From assembly GCA_965203295.1 (NCBI GenBank), contig CBDBCZ010000012.1, forward strand, positions 288,001 to 352,000: 64,000 bases of DNA, given 5' to 3'. The DNA comes from Nitrospirales bacterium. Lineage in GTDB: Bacteria > Nitrospirota > Nitrospiria > Nitrospirales > UBA8639. Below, piece by piece: positions 39,881 to 52,280 of this stretch. Both the position numbers and the translations under genes were made by a program. A model generated the notes under the pieces. That model ran no database searches. It saw only the letters and a program-made list of their open reading frames with translations, and was not told the origin of the DNA. Within the stretch, counting starts at the first letter, position 1, and every line of letters begins with the position of its first letter.

Positions 39881-42800
39881 ATACAGATTGACAATCCTGT
39901 AATAACAGCTCATAATCAATCCTATCTGGCTGGAAAACAACACACAGTACGAATTTATAACCTCCCAAATTCTGAGGCTACGTATATAGAGGGATAACCC
40001 TGGCATTGTACATTGGTACATGTAAAGGTACGTTTGTCCAGGTATCAATGGCGGATTACTAGGGCAGGGTTAATGGAAGACATCTCTATCAATGGGTGTG
40101 GCTCTTACAAAACACATTTTAATCTGTGACCAGTACTCTACCTCATAGCTAGTGGCAGCTACAGGCATTTAGCCTGTCTAGGTCTTGCCATTTCCCACCT
40201 CCTATCCCAGAGTATATATGACATATTGCTATGGAAATGGCAGGAGGCTATACACCTTATAAAAATTCGACATAATATGAATCCTGTCCAATCGGTGTAT
40301 ATCATTGCTATACCACCTACTGGTGTTTGTAGTTTATGGGAATATACCCCTCGGGCCTGCGGCCTTCGCAGTATACGTACACATATTCCAAATAACCTCC
40401 TCCACAGCAGGTGGTATATCACTGATATATATACACTTCCTGGTCATGGTTTATATATTACTTATGGGAAATTAGAGGTATATGAAGAAAGTCACAGAGG
40501 AGCAAAACGTATAAATCCTGAAAAATACAGAAAGGATTAACTAAGGGAAAAGTGTATTCCTTTGAGGTAGACACTTTCTGAAGCCAGTATGATGAGCAAA
40601 GACAGCAGATCGATATACATGTACACTCATAGAGATAATCAACTACTTGCAGAAACACTACTGTCAAACATTGCATGGTCGCAGATAGCAGCAATCATGG
40701 AGACAATTAATTCTCCTCTGCTTTAAAGACTGCCCAGTACAAGCCTCTATGAAGTGGCAATCAGCTCCTCTATCTAACCTCGTTCCCAGGCTCTCCACAA
40801 AAATGACAAAAGCTCTGCAGAGGCCTGGGAACGAGGCTATCTTCTATCTATTATTAATTATTGAGCAATATAATATAATATGCATTTAATTAGAGGATTT
40901 CTTTTAAAAAAGCTTGCAGGGTTTCGAATGCACCCCTTGGCTGCCTTTGCTAAGTAGCAATGTGCTCTCAATACTATACAGATGTATATATGGCGGTTCA
41001 ATTACCCGATGCCGCCTAGAGATAACTAGCTACTATTGTACTGTAATCATTTGCTCATGTTGCTGCTGTAGCACTCACGCCACTGACCACACACTCATAG
41101 ACGCAAACAGAGCTTGTAAGATCTCCAGTTACAGGACAAGAGCATATTGTACTCTTGGGAGAATAATGATCGGTCATTCAAGTGGCATTTTTGCAGTACC
41201 GATGACATACGGTAAATATAATCATACAGTAAATATAATCATAAGACAAGGTTAAAACACAGCAGTGTACAGAGCAGTAAGCACAGCTAAACACGCATGA
41301 CAGTAGCTCTCATAGAAGCATGTAAGTTGCTTTCATTTGCAAAAGGAAACTACGAAAGCAGAATAGCTAGCTGACTTACGGTCGGTGTTTTAATTCAACG
41401 ATTGATTTTTGCTGCTGCACAGTACAAGAAATTGGGAGGTCAGGAATGGGTATATGGGTAGCTAATCACCTTTCCTTCCTCATCAGCCATGCATCTCAGA
41501 TTCTGAATGTCTAAGATCTACAGTTATCATTTTAGAAGCAATGGAGATGACACAAACAAGCCCTGGCAATCTATATCGTGTGCATGATTGTCCCATGCAT
41601 TGTCCCATACTATTTAGTAGACTGTAGGCATCATGTGTAGTGTGCTGGACAAGTGTTGTCACTGCTGCTGAGTTAAAAGTAGTGCAACACCAATATTACA
41701 CCATGTGTCAGTGTCACTGAGCATTTAGGAAGTATCCTAAAAATGCTCAGTGACACTGAGAGAGATATATACTAGCCTATATGATTGCATACGCCACAGC
41801 AATTAAGATAAGCTTAATCACATTCATTATGCTGTTTACGGAATATTTACCAGAACACGTGGTCGGAGGCCTTGCAAGTGCGCGTTGAAGTGCATGTTGC
41901 AAGATGCCTGTACAAGTACGGCGAATAGGCCTAGGCAATGGCTGTGCGTAACCTTGTGATATTAATTTTGCATTCTTATCTTATTACGTAGTGTACTAGA
42001 TACATTATAGAGCATGCTCATACCTTGCTCCGTTTTCAGCGCATCGAAGACAAGGCTTCCTTTTAGCTGCCAGCATGCAATACGACTAGCCCCCCAGGGT
42101 GCAGTGTCAGAACAAAACCTGTAAATCATGGTGATATCTCGCGTGGAGGTCGACACCACGTGGTCTGGACTAGCTGGAGTTGTACTCGCAGCAGCAGCGT
42201 GGAGCACGGATTAGTGGCATTCGCTAGCAATTTCCAAACCGTGGATCCGTACGTGGGCACTTGATTTCTAGACCCCTCTCGGGGCCCCGCAGCTATGCAT
42301 GGCTGTAGCGTACGGTGCCCCATCTCAAGTACCTCGGAACTCTAGGCTAGCTACACCCCCCATGGCCCAGGTCTGCCATCACTGATCCGCATAAATACCT
42401 CTGCACTATACTATCAGACAACTTGCAAGTGCCACTAGATTGTTTTCCAAACATTGGAACGGTAGGGGCATTTATAAAGGCCCCACCCATTCCAAAGTTT
42501 CTTGGATGATGGCCTAAATTATAGGACAAGCTGAGCACGCATGAAGATGTGGGATAGGAGGGGACAAGAAAGTTCCATTTCTTGTAAGTATGTTGCACCC
42601 ATCTGTCAAGTAATGTGTGAATTGGGTACCCATAGGGGCTTATGAGCGTCAGGGTTCATGTACCCACGATAGTGAAATACTACCAAGGCCTGTACAAGAG
42701 CCAGAGTGGTACTCTCCACCCCTGGGTTGATTAGTTGTGTCCATCTTGTTTTCAGCTCAAAATACTCTACAAGATTGGCTGGCTCATACAGCGCAAGCGT

Positions 42801-43699
42801 GATCTCAAGTCCAAGTTAATGACCTCGTAGATCTACCAAGGACACAGGAACTTGGACAGTATGGAGGTGAGTGTAGTATTACCGTAAAATTATGAACTCC
42901 TTATTAGTAGGAACCACAGAATCAGTTCCATGGTATCTTACCAGGAGCGCATAATGATGTAAGAAAAAGTCATTATGCGCTCCTGATCTTATTGGTATCG
43001 TTGAATTCCATACAGAACTCCCAGGGAGACCGGTCAATTGGACACACCCTGTTAAATTCACGCACATAATATTCATTGAACATGAGTATAATATTGATAT
43101 GTTTACGTAAATAGTATTACACATGTAAAAATTATGGCACAATCTTTAATTGTGCTCTCAAAACATCTGTGGCATTAAATTCACCTGCAAAATTTGGTGC
43201 TGCATGTAGATAGCGTGTATACTGAACTTGCTCATATGCTTTAATGAACTAGGTCGCTACAAATCTGTGAATGCATGGCCATATTGTCGTTGTCAGACAG
43301 TTTGTGGTGGCATTATCAATCTATTGCCGCTTGCATAGATAGTAGAGTACTCTACTATCTATGCCGCTTGCGATTAACTGTCACATGACACATAGGCTTC
43401 ACATGTAAAGTGAGATCAAAAATACTTTAGAGTTGCTATTTCTCTAAACTTGGAAGTTAAATTTTTGCTCTGTACAGTATGGCTTCCCTATTCCTATTAT
43501 ATAGGAAAATAAAAAAACATTGAGAAACCGCTTCCAAAGCATGTCCATGATACTAAGTGTTTTTTAGACGAACTGTTGTAAGAGCCTGCTTTTCAATGAT
43601 CAGAGAACACACTCATGGATTGTGAACAATCTAATGTGGACTTTTGAGTAATTAGAATTTTTGGTATTATACATGACATTGCATTAGCTGAGGCATAAG

Positions 43700-44560
43700 G
43701 TTGAGATGGTACTGCTTTGCGTGGTTCTTCTCATGAATAAATAATGAAAGATGTCATTCACATGGCACTAATTTATATGTTTATGATTTCCATGGTGGCA
43801 ACTGGAATCAAGTGGAGGGATGTGTCACTTTGATGTAGTTAACTCTTTACCAATTAATGACGCATATTGCGTCATGAGCTCCCATAAGCCCATATGAATT
43901 TATATGGGGGTTTTAATACTAGACGTTAATACTTTGTACAGGCTTTTCTGCTTCTTTAAGCTGTTTCTTATGGTTGGTAAAGGGTTAACAGCTCTTTGCT
44001 GTGTGATATTGACACTTTGATGTGGTTGAGCAGCAAAGTTGCCTTTTAATTTTTTAATTTTAAATAGGACCATGTATTATTATAGTGGTGAGAAGCATAT
44101 AGGCTAATTATGGCTGAATAGTCAGCTGGTGTGTTCCACAAAGTTTGTTAGGCGGCTGAAGTGCCTATGAGTCAGCCAGACAGATGGATAATTATCCTGA
44201 CAGGTTGTTGCCCATCTTATGTAGGCTATAGTTTTAACCTTTACGGTCCATAGGGTTCCATAGTGAGCTGTGGTTAGCTACGTAGTTGTGTGAAAATTTG
44301 TGAAGATTTATAGGGAGTGCTTTGATGGGTGGTTTTCAATAAAAAAGCTAACATATATTTGCTGTGAGTTGGTTAAAGTTTGTAAGGCAGCTAGGGATCA
44401 ATTATGTCTGACAGAAGTGTGCAGGCATATAATTTTTTTGAAAGGCAGGATATCCAAAATGAGCGTTTTGGGGTGGTGAGATGCGTTCTGGGATATAAAA
44501 CTGGGTTTGAAACGCTCTTGTGAAAAAGCCAAAGTACATTTTTAGCCTGCCTACTATGTA
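43700..44560 (+). repeat. Dispersed unclassified repeat, copy A
   Basis: Colinear similarity to 63240-64000. Confidence 0.8.
43843..43984. mobile_element. piggyBac-type MITE
   Basis: TTAA|CTCTTTACCAA...TTGGTAAAGGG|TTAA. It is absent from the paralogous host repeat at ~63395. Confidence 0.8.
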
Positions 44561-47059
44561 GGTACTGGTGATATTGTCATACTGTAAGTGGGGCTCTAGC
44601 AGATCCGATAATTTTCATTTTAGTAAATTGTGGATTCTTTAGTAGAGGGTGTGGTCATGTTCATAGACTTTCATGTTGTCAACATAGCCATCCACTTGAT
44701 TTGGAGATTTGAATATCATCGAAGTACCCCCTGTAACGATAAATTCTTTAGGTTTAGGCATTGAGAGTTTACAAGCTAAACTGATTGCAAGCAAGAGATG
44801 TACATTCAAACTTCCTGTATAAAACTGCTGCAATAAGTTCAGGATAGTACCTCAGATCAGTGAACATACTGAGTGGCTGCTATACAGACATTGTTAAGAA
44901 GCTCTCAGCCCAATTAAGACGCTTGTCTTCATACATACATATGATGAACTGGACGCGTACATTGCATACAGTTTCTGTTCTGTCAATGTAACACCTGTCA
45001 CAGCTACCACGACTTCAGTAGTCCCACCATACCATGATATGGCGATCTCTATTAGTTGTACATGGAGCTATGTAGGAGAGGGAGACTTTTGAAGTGTGCT
45101 AACCAATCAGATGACAGAATACGCATTGCAGAAAATCTGAACTATAGTACATGGTTATACTTTCAAATCCAAGATCACAACAAATGGTGCTGTCAGAACT
45201 GCGTGGGTATCACAGCCCTTTTGAGATTGGAGATTCCTTTCCAGAAAGGTAATTGTTTGTGCAGGTATGATCCCAGACTGGAGCTGTGCTATTCTACTAG
45301 CATGTGTTCCTGTCATAATATTATCCTGTTGAGCATAGGAAACAACTGAGCTATGAAATTATTTTGAATACTTGTGCTAGCCATTTTAAAAAATGTGCCG
45401 AGTGAGAATTCTTGAGCTAGCGGTGAGTTCCCATGTGAGCCTACATGTGTACTAGATTATGTTATTGGATTACCAGCCTGTACTGTTTTTGGGTGAGTGA
45501 GCCAGATCAAACAAGACGAGTCCAATGTCTAATGATATTGGACACTCTGCTTATAGGAAATACTACGTTCTATGAGTATTGGCGTTGAGAATGTAGTTTT
45601 CACTAGTCTTGTACTGAGACATCAGCACCTCCTAGTAGATACCATAATATAATTTGGCTATGATGTACATATGTATAACTATATAGCACTCTAATACTAC
45701 AACTCTGCTAGTGTTAATTTTCTGTTAGTCTATCTATTATGTGTCAGCTAGCCAAGGAATCAGGGAAAGAACAGCAGTCTTATAACTCTACTGCATACCT
45801 GATGTAGTGGTGAGAAGCTATTTTTAGTCCTTAATGGTAGACCTAGTCAGATCTTTATACAGATTTTCATACTGATTTTTTTGGTTGGGGTGGGAAAACA
45901 TTTAGCTGAATATTCCCTTTGAATCTTAGGTGCTCTAAGGTTGCTTTTGGTGGCTTCTTGCAGAGCTCAAAATAACAGCTGGCCACTGGCCATTTTCTGT
46001 GAAATTTTCTGCAATGGCCACCCAAAATTTGATCTTATTTGTATAAAATTGTACAGATGGCCAATCAAAATTTCATTTTGGCCAGCCAAACCCAAAGCCT
46101 TATTTTTAACTCTGTTCTTGAGTCTGCTGACACTGTCTTGGGGCTGAGTGACAGACATGCAGTGTTGAATAGAATAGGTACTGAATGACATTGGGGGATA
46201 TTTACTCGGAGTGGAGCAGCTGAAGGTCGTGGAGTGTAGAGTACTATGTTAGTTTGCAGACAGTGAATGAGTGCACACTGAGCAGCTGAGGCAAGGCTGT
46301 GCAGCTATGTTGGGGTAGGGCATAGACAGTACGTTAGTAGACGATGTGATACTAACAGAATAGCAGAAACTAAATTTTGAGGCATTTGGTAGCCCCATAT
46401 GAACTCTGGTGGTCTGGTGGTATAGCTTGCTGTCGTTTGACAATTCTAGTGCAGGAACAGTGTAACTTACTTTGGATCTATACTCATATATGGGCACTCT
46501 GCTGTGAGTTTTAGATTTAGCATTTTATCTAAACTGGAACCTCTGTCAGGTATTGCCTTGCTTGTGACATGCCAAGAGCAATACAGACATTTTGTAGGTG
46601 GCTTGTGCTTTGAATGTCTTCTGTACATGTACATATGCATGTAGCTGTGATTTACATGTAGTTGTGATGTGCTTTGCTTGTGCACTGTTGCATTTGGAGA
46701 GTGATATGAGCTATGCTGTGGCTTGTACTTCACTGGAGTGGCACTCGATGACTTGAACCCTAATTTGTAGCTCTCTAGTCCAAGGCCTAGGTGCTGGAAG
46801 GGTCATGAATGTCTTCAACGACCATGTTTTCACCAAAGTGGAAAATCCTACTTTCTCATATAGATCACAGTGGTATAAGTTTCACCCCTTCTGCATGCTC
46901 CAAAGCAAGAGTAGATATGTATGTACATATGCTGTTCCATATATTTTCTACAGGGTTTGGAGTTGATTTCTCAAAAGAGGTATAAGTAAATCTGCCAACA
47001 TAAATATTTTAATTAGATAGGTAAACCACAGGAATTTACAACCTTGTTGTTAAAATTGG

Positions 47060-47630
47060 TAATTGGCTGATAAGAGAAGTTAGTCCTCCTTTTTGTAGGT
47101 GAACACAGTAAACCAGATGCACCATGTTTGACCCACCTTTGAAGAGCAGACTCCAAGTGGATCAAAATTACAGACAAAACATCACATTTTAAGTGTAGTA
47201 GCACCTGTATTGAACAATCGGTGGTGAAAATTTCAGGTTACATAGTTATAACATCGCATAATGAATATGTATCGTATTTCTGTTTTGTCAGTGAGTTTCA
47301 AGGGTAATTTTTAACATCTTCTAAACTCATTTTTGAATTTAGAGTGATGGAATATCGTTATGGCAAAAGTTCAGCAATAATTTTATAGGTGACTTCAATA
47401 TTTCACAACCAACTGTTCAACGTACATGTAGGTGTTATTATTTTCAAAAAATCTCTCAAGTTGCAGACAAAACATTTCTAAACATTTCCTGAAAATCTTT
47501 TTGCCTGTAACATTGATCTACTTGGAGTCTGCTCTTCCAAGCTGAGTCAGACAGTGTACATGCATCAGTTTTACTGTGTTCTGAATCACCTACAAAAAGG
47601 AGGTCTAATTCTCCTCTTTTCAGCCAAATT
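47060..47630. mobile_element. MITE with long imperfect TIRs
   Basis: CCTCCTTTTTGTAGGTGA..GAAGAGCAGACTCCAAGT is inverted as ACTTGGAGTCTGCTCTTC..TCACCTACAAAAAGGAGG. Confidence 0.7.
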
Positions 47631-48274
47631 GTATGTATTTTTCATAACAATACAATTATGTATAGGATATACCACGTCTACGAGGAGTATAAACGCAGAT
47701 ATACTCCGCTAGTCGGTTTACCCGAGGCGATAGCCGAGGGTAAACAGCCTAGCGGAGTATATCGCGTTTATACTCCGAGTAGGCGTGGTATATCCGGCTT
47801 ATACAACATTTGACCAATCAGTGGAGTTGGTACCCAGAAACGCTGGGCTAGCATTCCCAGAGGCAGCAGTTATTTACGATGTCATAATACATGAAAACAT
47901 AAAAGTAGTATAATAAAACATGAAAACATAAACGTAGTATATGACCCTACATGAAAACATAAACGTAGTATATGACCCTTTATACTCCGCTTCTGCTCCA
48001 ATCAAACACCTTGGATGTGATGTAATGTGGTATAAGTGGTTTTGCCTGAGACTTTCATGCTGTGGGAACATGTATACCACCTTGAGAGCTTCACTCCATA
48101 CCCTGCATGAGATAGTGCAAAATGTGTAAGCAAACATTATTTGAAATCTACTCTCTTAAGAAAGGAAAATTCTCTGAGTACCAACTTTCGAAATTCCACC
48201 AATATTTCAACTACTCACGTTAACTTCACTTTACAGTATTCAGAGAACTTTCCTTTTGTATGCAAGGTTCTTAT

Positions 48275-49675
48275 GAGTGCTGTTTTACTGGAGGGAGAAA
48301 AATACAAACCATTCAATATAGGTCAGGGAGTGGCACAGGGTTGTAGTATTTTGCCATGTTCTCTAGATGAGGTTGAGAAGGCTGGGATTGGCATTACTAT
48401 TAAGAAGGAGAAGGATGTTAAGGTTGGGGGTCTAATGTTTGCTAATGATTTTGTAGGTTTAACTACTAAATGCTGAGGACTTACAAATGTTAATTAGATG
48501 TAGTACAGGGCTTTTGTAATAAACGCAGACATTCCAAGGGTTTAAGTTACTGTTACTTGGGCATTGAATTTACTAATAATGGTTGAAGGGATGGTCATGT
48601 ACAGAAGGTAATAAATAGCGGAATTAAAAAACTATAGGTTTCCAAGTGATAGGATTTTCAGTACAGTTGCAAGAAGGATAATTATCATGTTAGTTTCGGT
48701 ACTTCACCCTACTTTAGAGTAATGGTAGTGAAGTGTAGGCTTGCAATAAACGACAGACAGCTTCCTTGGAATCTAATCGGCTCAAAAGAAACTTGGCTGC
48801 TCTTCTAAAACCTGCAATGAAGCAGTAAAAGGGGATATTGAGTTAGAGTCTTTAAAAGGCAGGAGGGAAAGGTGCAAACCTAAGTGGTGGTATAAAGTCA
48901 AAAATAATATTTGGATGATGAGAGATTACTACTAGACTCTGAGTGGGAAGTGAATCTGTGTAGAGGTAGGCAGAAGAAGACTTGGAGGAAGCTAATGAGT
49001 GAATTGTTGCTACAGTAAATCAAGACAGACAGGAAATAATAACAATGTAAATTTGTTTCTAGAGAGAGTAGATAAAGAGTTGAGATATTGAGAGCGAATA
49101 TAAAAGATGGCTGAAATAGTAAAGTTAAACTGAGTCTGTACAAGTTTTTTTGTAAGGAAATAAAATTCAAGAATTACTCTCAGTGGATCCAGGAACACGG
49201 TTGCTGTTTAAGTTTAGGTCTGGTATTATAATATAATGGTCTGAATGAAGTGTTAGGAAGACATGGGGGTAAAAATGACAGGCAGTGTAAGTTGTGTGGA
49301 TGAATTTAAGAGTGTAGTACATGTGCTCAGGGAGTGTCCTGTGCATGCCGCAATAAGAGATACTTTCATGGGAGAATTAGACAGTTGTGGGGCAGTTTTG
49401 AAAAGTATAGTGCACTCAATAATTAAGAGAATTAACAGGCTTTATCTTAGGGTGGAAAATTGGGACAGGTATGATTTTAAGGCTTTATTAAAACTAGTTA
49501 AGAGTTTTGCATTATTAATCTGGGATACTTGGAAGAATAAGTTATATGGTGATCAGGACGGTGAAACGTCTGGTTGCTCTTGCTATTGTCCTCTGACTGG
49601 AGATCATGCAAGTTCCGCCTGCGTATGTGGGTGCATGTGGTCAATGCCGCAAGTACTACGGCAACAACATGAGTA
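48275..49675 (+). mobile_element. 5'-truncated degenerate LINE of the same family
   Basis: SAVLLEGE..GQGVAQGCS..GGLMFANDFVGL through to ..GCAACAACATGAGTATT. Confidence 0.92.
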
Positions 49676-49781
49676 TTTTCTTCTGCTCTGGGGCACTAGC
49701 TGTACCATTTTTACTTGCGCTGAATTTTATCATTACACTTGGCAGTGTATCTTTCAGCTTGGCCATAATGTCACTCTTAAG

Positions 49782-50100
49782 CAGAGTTTCATACAAGATT
49801 TTTTGCTGTGGAATGGAGACTTAATGCTTAGGGATAGTCAATGTATGCAATAATCACTCATTAGAAGCTAGCCATCACTTACGTGTACACCTTGTGAAAC
49901 AGACTATGTGCAAACCACACCTTCTAGGGGGTCTGGGGGCATGCCCCCCAAACTTTTATATTCTGGTGGCTTTGGCAGCTAGCTAACTATGCAACACTTG
50001 AATTCAAAATCAGAGTATCATTAGCATCATAATTTTAAATTCTGCAGGGAAGGGGTGGAAGGAGATCCCAATGCGCCCCCCTCCCTTTGTATGAAACACT
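49782..50100. mobile_element. hAT-like MITE
   Basis: CAGAGTTTCATACA ... TGTATGAAACACTG termini, with an internal GGGGGTCTGGGGGCATGCCCCC. Confidence 0.55.
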
Positions 50101-50534
50101 GTTAAGAATACCCATGTGCTATTCATGTCATATTTGCTCTTTCTAGGATACGTAGCATTGTTGCATGGATACACATGTGGTAAGAGATACATTTGGATCT
50201 GGTGTGTACTACTAAGATCACATATGTGATAGGACAAAGTGGAGATGCTGCTACATAATACACTGCACCTCTGAGCTATATTGGCTGTATGCAAATTGGG
50301 ACTGAATGGGCTTGTATGTAGAGCCACCTGATCTTTTTGCAGCACAGCAGCTAAGTGGTGTCGCATCGTTACTTGGCAGAAGGAATACATTTTTATGTAG
50401 TGAGGACACCCCCCCTTATGTTTTACATTATGACTAATCTTGCATGACTAATGATTGCACTGAATAGACCATTTCTGTCTAATGTCACTTCTGCTCGGTT
50501 AATAATTGATTATTGATTTTCACCAAATAATCAT

Positions 50535-51032
50535 TAGCACACAAAACAGTAGAGAAACTGGGTGAATGGGATTATGGGGTACATTATACCCGTCACACCC
50601 ATTACCACATACAGCCAGCAGTCCTTGGTGAACTATATGGATACTCATGTAAATTATTGTCAGTGCATGTCATCATCTCACAAATGGCTAACAGCACAAA
50701 CCACCCTTCATGTACAGCTGTATGACTGCCTTGCTCACATCACTCATGTTCAGTACTGTCAGTGGATAGTTTCTATCTTGTCACATGAATATCCACATTC
50801 TTTTCCGTAGGACAAGATGGGAGTGATCCATCCTATTTATGCACTGAGAAAGGCCAGGAGAGATACAGCATGCACTGGTCCATGATCAGAATGTGTGCAT
50901 GCTGGGACCCAGCTGTGCGGAGAGATGTACGTATGTACATAAGTAGCATTGGTTGTTTTCTTCACTGATGTCATCCTCAACATCTGTACATTAATTTCCC
51001 ATTCACCTAGTTTCTCTACTGTTTTGTGTGCT
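50535..51032. mobile_element. MITE with ~37-bp TIRs that shares its core with 51690-52084
   Basis: TAGCACACAAAACAGTAGAGAAACT ... AGTTTCTCTACTGTTTTGTGTGCTA. Confidence 0.8.
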
Positions 51033-51519
51033 AAGTATAGGTTACATCACAGCAACGAGGGCTCTAACTGACGTGGACGCCCGTGGGAAAATTAGAGCCC
51101 GAGAACGCAGCCCGAGGTCAATTAACACACTCCGAGGGTGAGAGATTTTCCCAAGGGTGGTCTATGTTAGTTAGAACCTGAGTGCATACTGTGATCTAAG
51201 CCATGCACTGCTGTTACTGTAAATTGATTTTCAAGTGGGTGCTAAAAGTGATATTATGTACAGAGGGATCTAACTGACATGAAAACCTGGTAGCTAACCA
51301 AGAACTTCAAAGCTTCCAAGCTCATTATTCATGAGTGGTCTCAATAATGAGTGAACAGAAGTGACATTAGGCTGAAAAGGTCAATTGCATGTACTGTGTT
51401 GTCTCTGACTCACTCGGCTCCTTCTCAACTCCACACTTCGATTAGTTAAAGAGGACATCACGACTGTAGAAAACCCTTTGTCGCTTCGGATCGTATAGAC
51501 GATATCCCTTTGTCTCTGT

Positions 51520-52280
51520 ACTGTAGTAGGGGTGCCAAACATTGCTCCCCCTAATACGTTGTCTATGACAATTGGACACAGTTCACAGCATGGTTTATAA
51601 TTATCCCCAGTATTTAACAAGCAGTGTAATCAAACTTGCCAGTGCATTATAGTTGAAAATCAGGATAATCCAACAATTAGTGAACGGAATGTACATTATA
51701 CCCGTCACACCCATCACCACATACAGCCAGCAGTCCTTGGTGCACTATATGGATACTCATGTAAATTATTGTGAGTGCATGTCATCATCTCACAAATGGC
51801 TAACAGCACAAACCACCCTTCATGTACAGCTGTATGACTGCCTTGCTCACAGCACTCATGTTCAGTACTGTCAGTGGATAGTTTCTGTCTTGTCACATGA
51901 ATATCCACATTCTTTTCTGTAGGACAAGATGGGAGTGATCCATCCTATTTATGCACTGAGAAAGGCCAGGAGAGATACAGCATGCACTGGTCCATGATCA
52001 GAATGTGTGCATGCTGGGACCAAGCTGTGCGGAGTGATGTACGTATGTACATAAGTAGCATTGGTTGTTTTCTTCACTGATGTCACTTTCCGTTCACTAA
52101 TTGTTGGCTTATCCTGATTTTCAACTAGAATGGACTGGATGATGTACTTTGATGTCGTCTCAAGTTTGATTACAACCGCTTGTTAAATACTGGGGATAAT
52201 TATAAACCATGCAGTGAGCTGTGTCCAATTGCCATAGACAATGAATTAGGGGAAGCAATGTTTGGCACCCCTACTACAGT
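51520..52280. mobile_element. Foldback/MITE element with ~170-190 bp TIRs
   Basis: ACTGTAGTAGGGGTGCCAAACATTGC ... GCAATGTTTGGCACCCCTACTACAGT. Confidence 0.82.

Noticed and set aside
44639..46733. Short ORFs as viral or Maverick genes
   Set aside because: No recognisable motif and multiple stops; they cannot be supported without a search.
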